In this document: piece by piece, positions 63,501 to 64,000 of the stretch
Numbering within the stretch: the first letter of the stretch is position 1
Layout: every line of letters begins with the position of its first letter
NCBI RefSeq assembly: GCF_006345805.1
Contig: NC_043020.1
Span: forward strand, 9,982,001 to 10,046,000
Reading direction: 5' to 3'
Origin: Octopus sinensis
Lineage: Eukaryota
DNA length: 64,000 nt
Position numbers and translations under genes: made by a program
Notes under the pieces: model-generated
Told to the model about the DNA's origin: nothing
What the model saw: only the letters and a program-made list of their open reading frames with translations
Databases searched by the model: none

Positions 63501-64000
63501 AGGCGCAGGAGTGGCTGTGTGGTAAGTAGCTTGCTAACCAACCACATGGTTCCGGGTTCAGTCCCACTGCGTGGCATCTTGGGTAAGTGTCTTCTACTAT
63601 AGCCCGGGGCCGACCAATGCCTTGTGAGTGGATTTGGTAGACGGAAACTGAAAGAAGCCTATATAGGTGCAGGAGTGGCTGTGTGGTAAGTAGCTTGCTA
63701 ACCAACCACATGGTTCCAGGTTCAGTCCCACTGCGTGGCATCTTGGGCAAGTGTCTTCTACTATAGCCCCGGGCCGACCAATGCCTTGTGAGTGGATTTG
63801 GTAGACGGAAACTGAAAGAAGCCTATATAGGTGCAGGAGTGGCTATGTGGTAAGTAGCTTGCTAACCAACCACACGGTTCCGGGTTCAGTCCCACTGCGT
63901 GGCATCTTGGGCAAGTGTCTTCTGCTATAGCCCCGGGCCGACCAATGCCTTGTGAGTGGATTTGGTAGACGGAAACTGAAAGAAGCCTATACTAGGCGCA
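63501..64000 (+). repeat. Tandem array of SINE A heads (164-165-bp units), running off the window
   Basis: Unit starts at 63501, 63665, 63829 and 63994. Confidence 0.92.

Overview
Repeat-dominated animal genomic DNA. The SINE families, microsatellite load and AT-rich intronic character point to an octopus (inference; no database check was possible). No complete protein-coding gene is visible. Contents: five or more tRNA-headed SINE or LINE-tail families in many copies, decayed LINEs (RTE, CR1-like, Tx1/L1-like, CRE-like), Helitrons, Tc1/mariner and pogo/Tigger remnants, Merlin-like and piggyBac-like MITEs, micro- and minisatellites, and a 100-N gap at 63389-63488. Most interesting observations: (1) six minimal type I hammerhead ribozyme motifs of Penelope type, which between them show three versions of the 3-8 tertiary pair (C-G, U-A, G-C); (2) a 3.6-kb 59-bp satellite amplified from inside the HTH-coding region of a Tigger-like transposase; (3) SINE multimers enclosed by single target-site duplications; (4) an inversion between Merlin-like MITE ends with an inverted 8-bp TSD; (5) a phase-consistent three-exon fragment of an unidentified gene with decayed inverted paralogs and a strand-asymmetric hairpin after its stop codon. 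Family labels A, B, C, D, F, G, H and I are my own working names. All homology calls are by eye.
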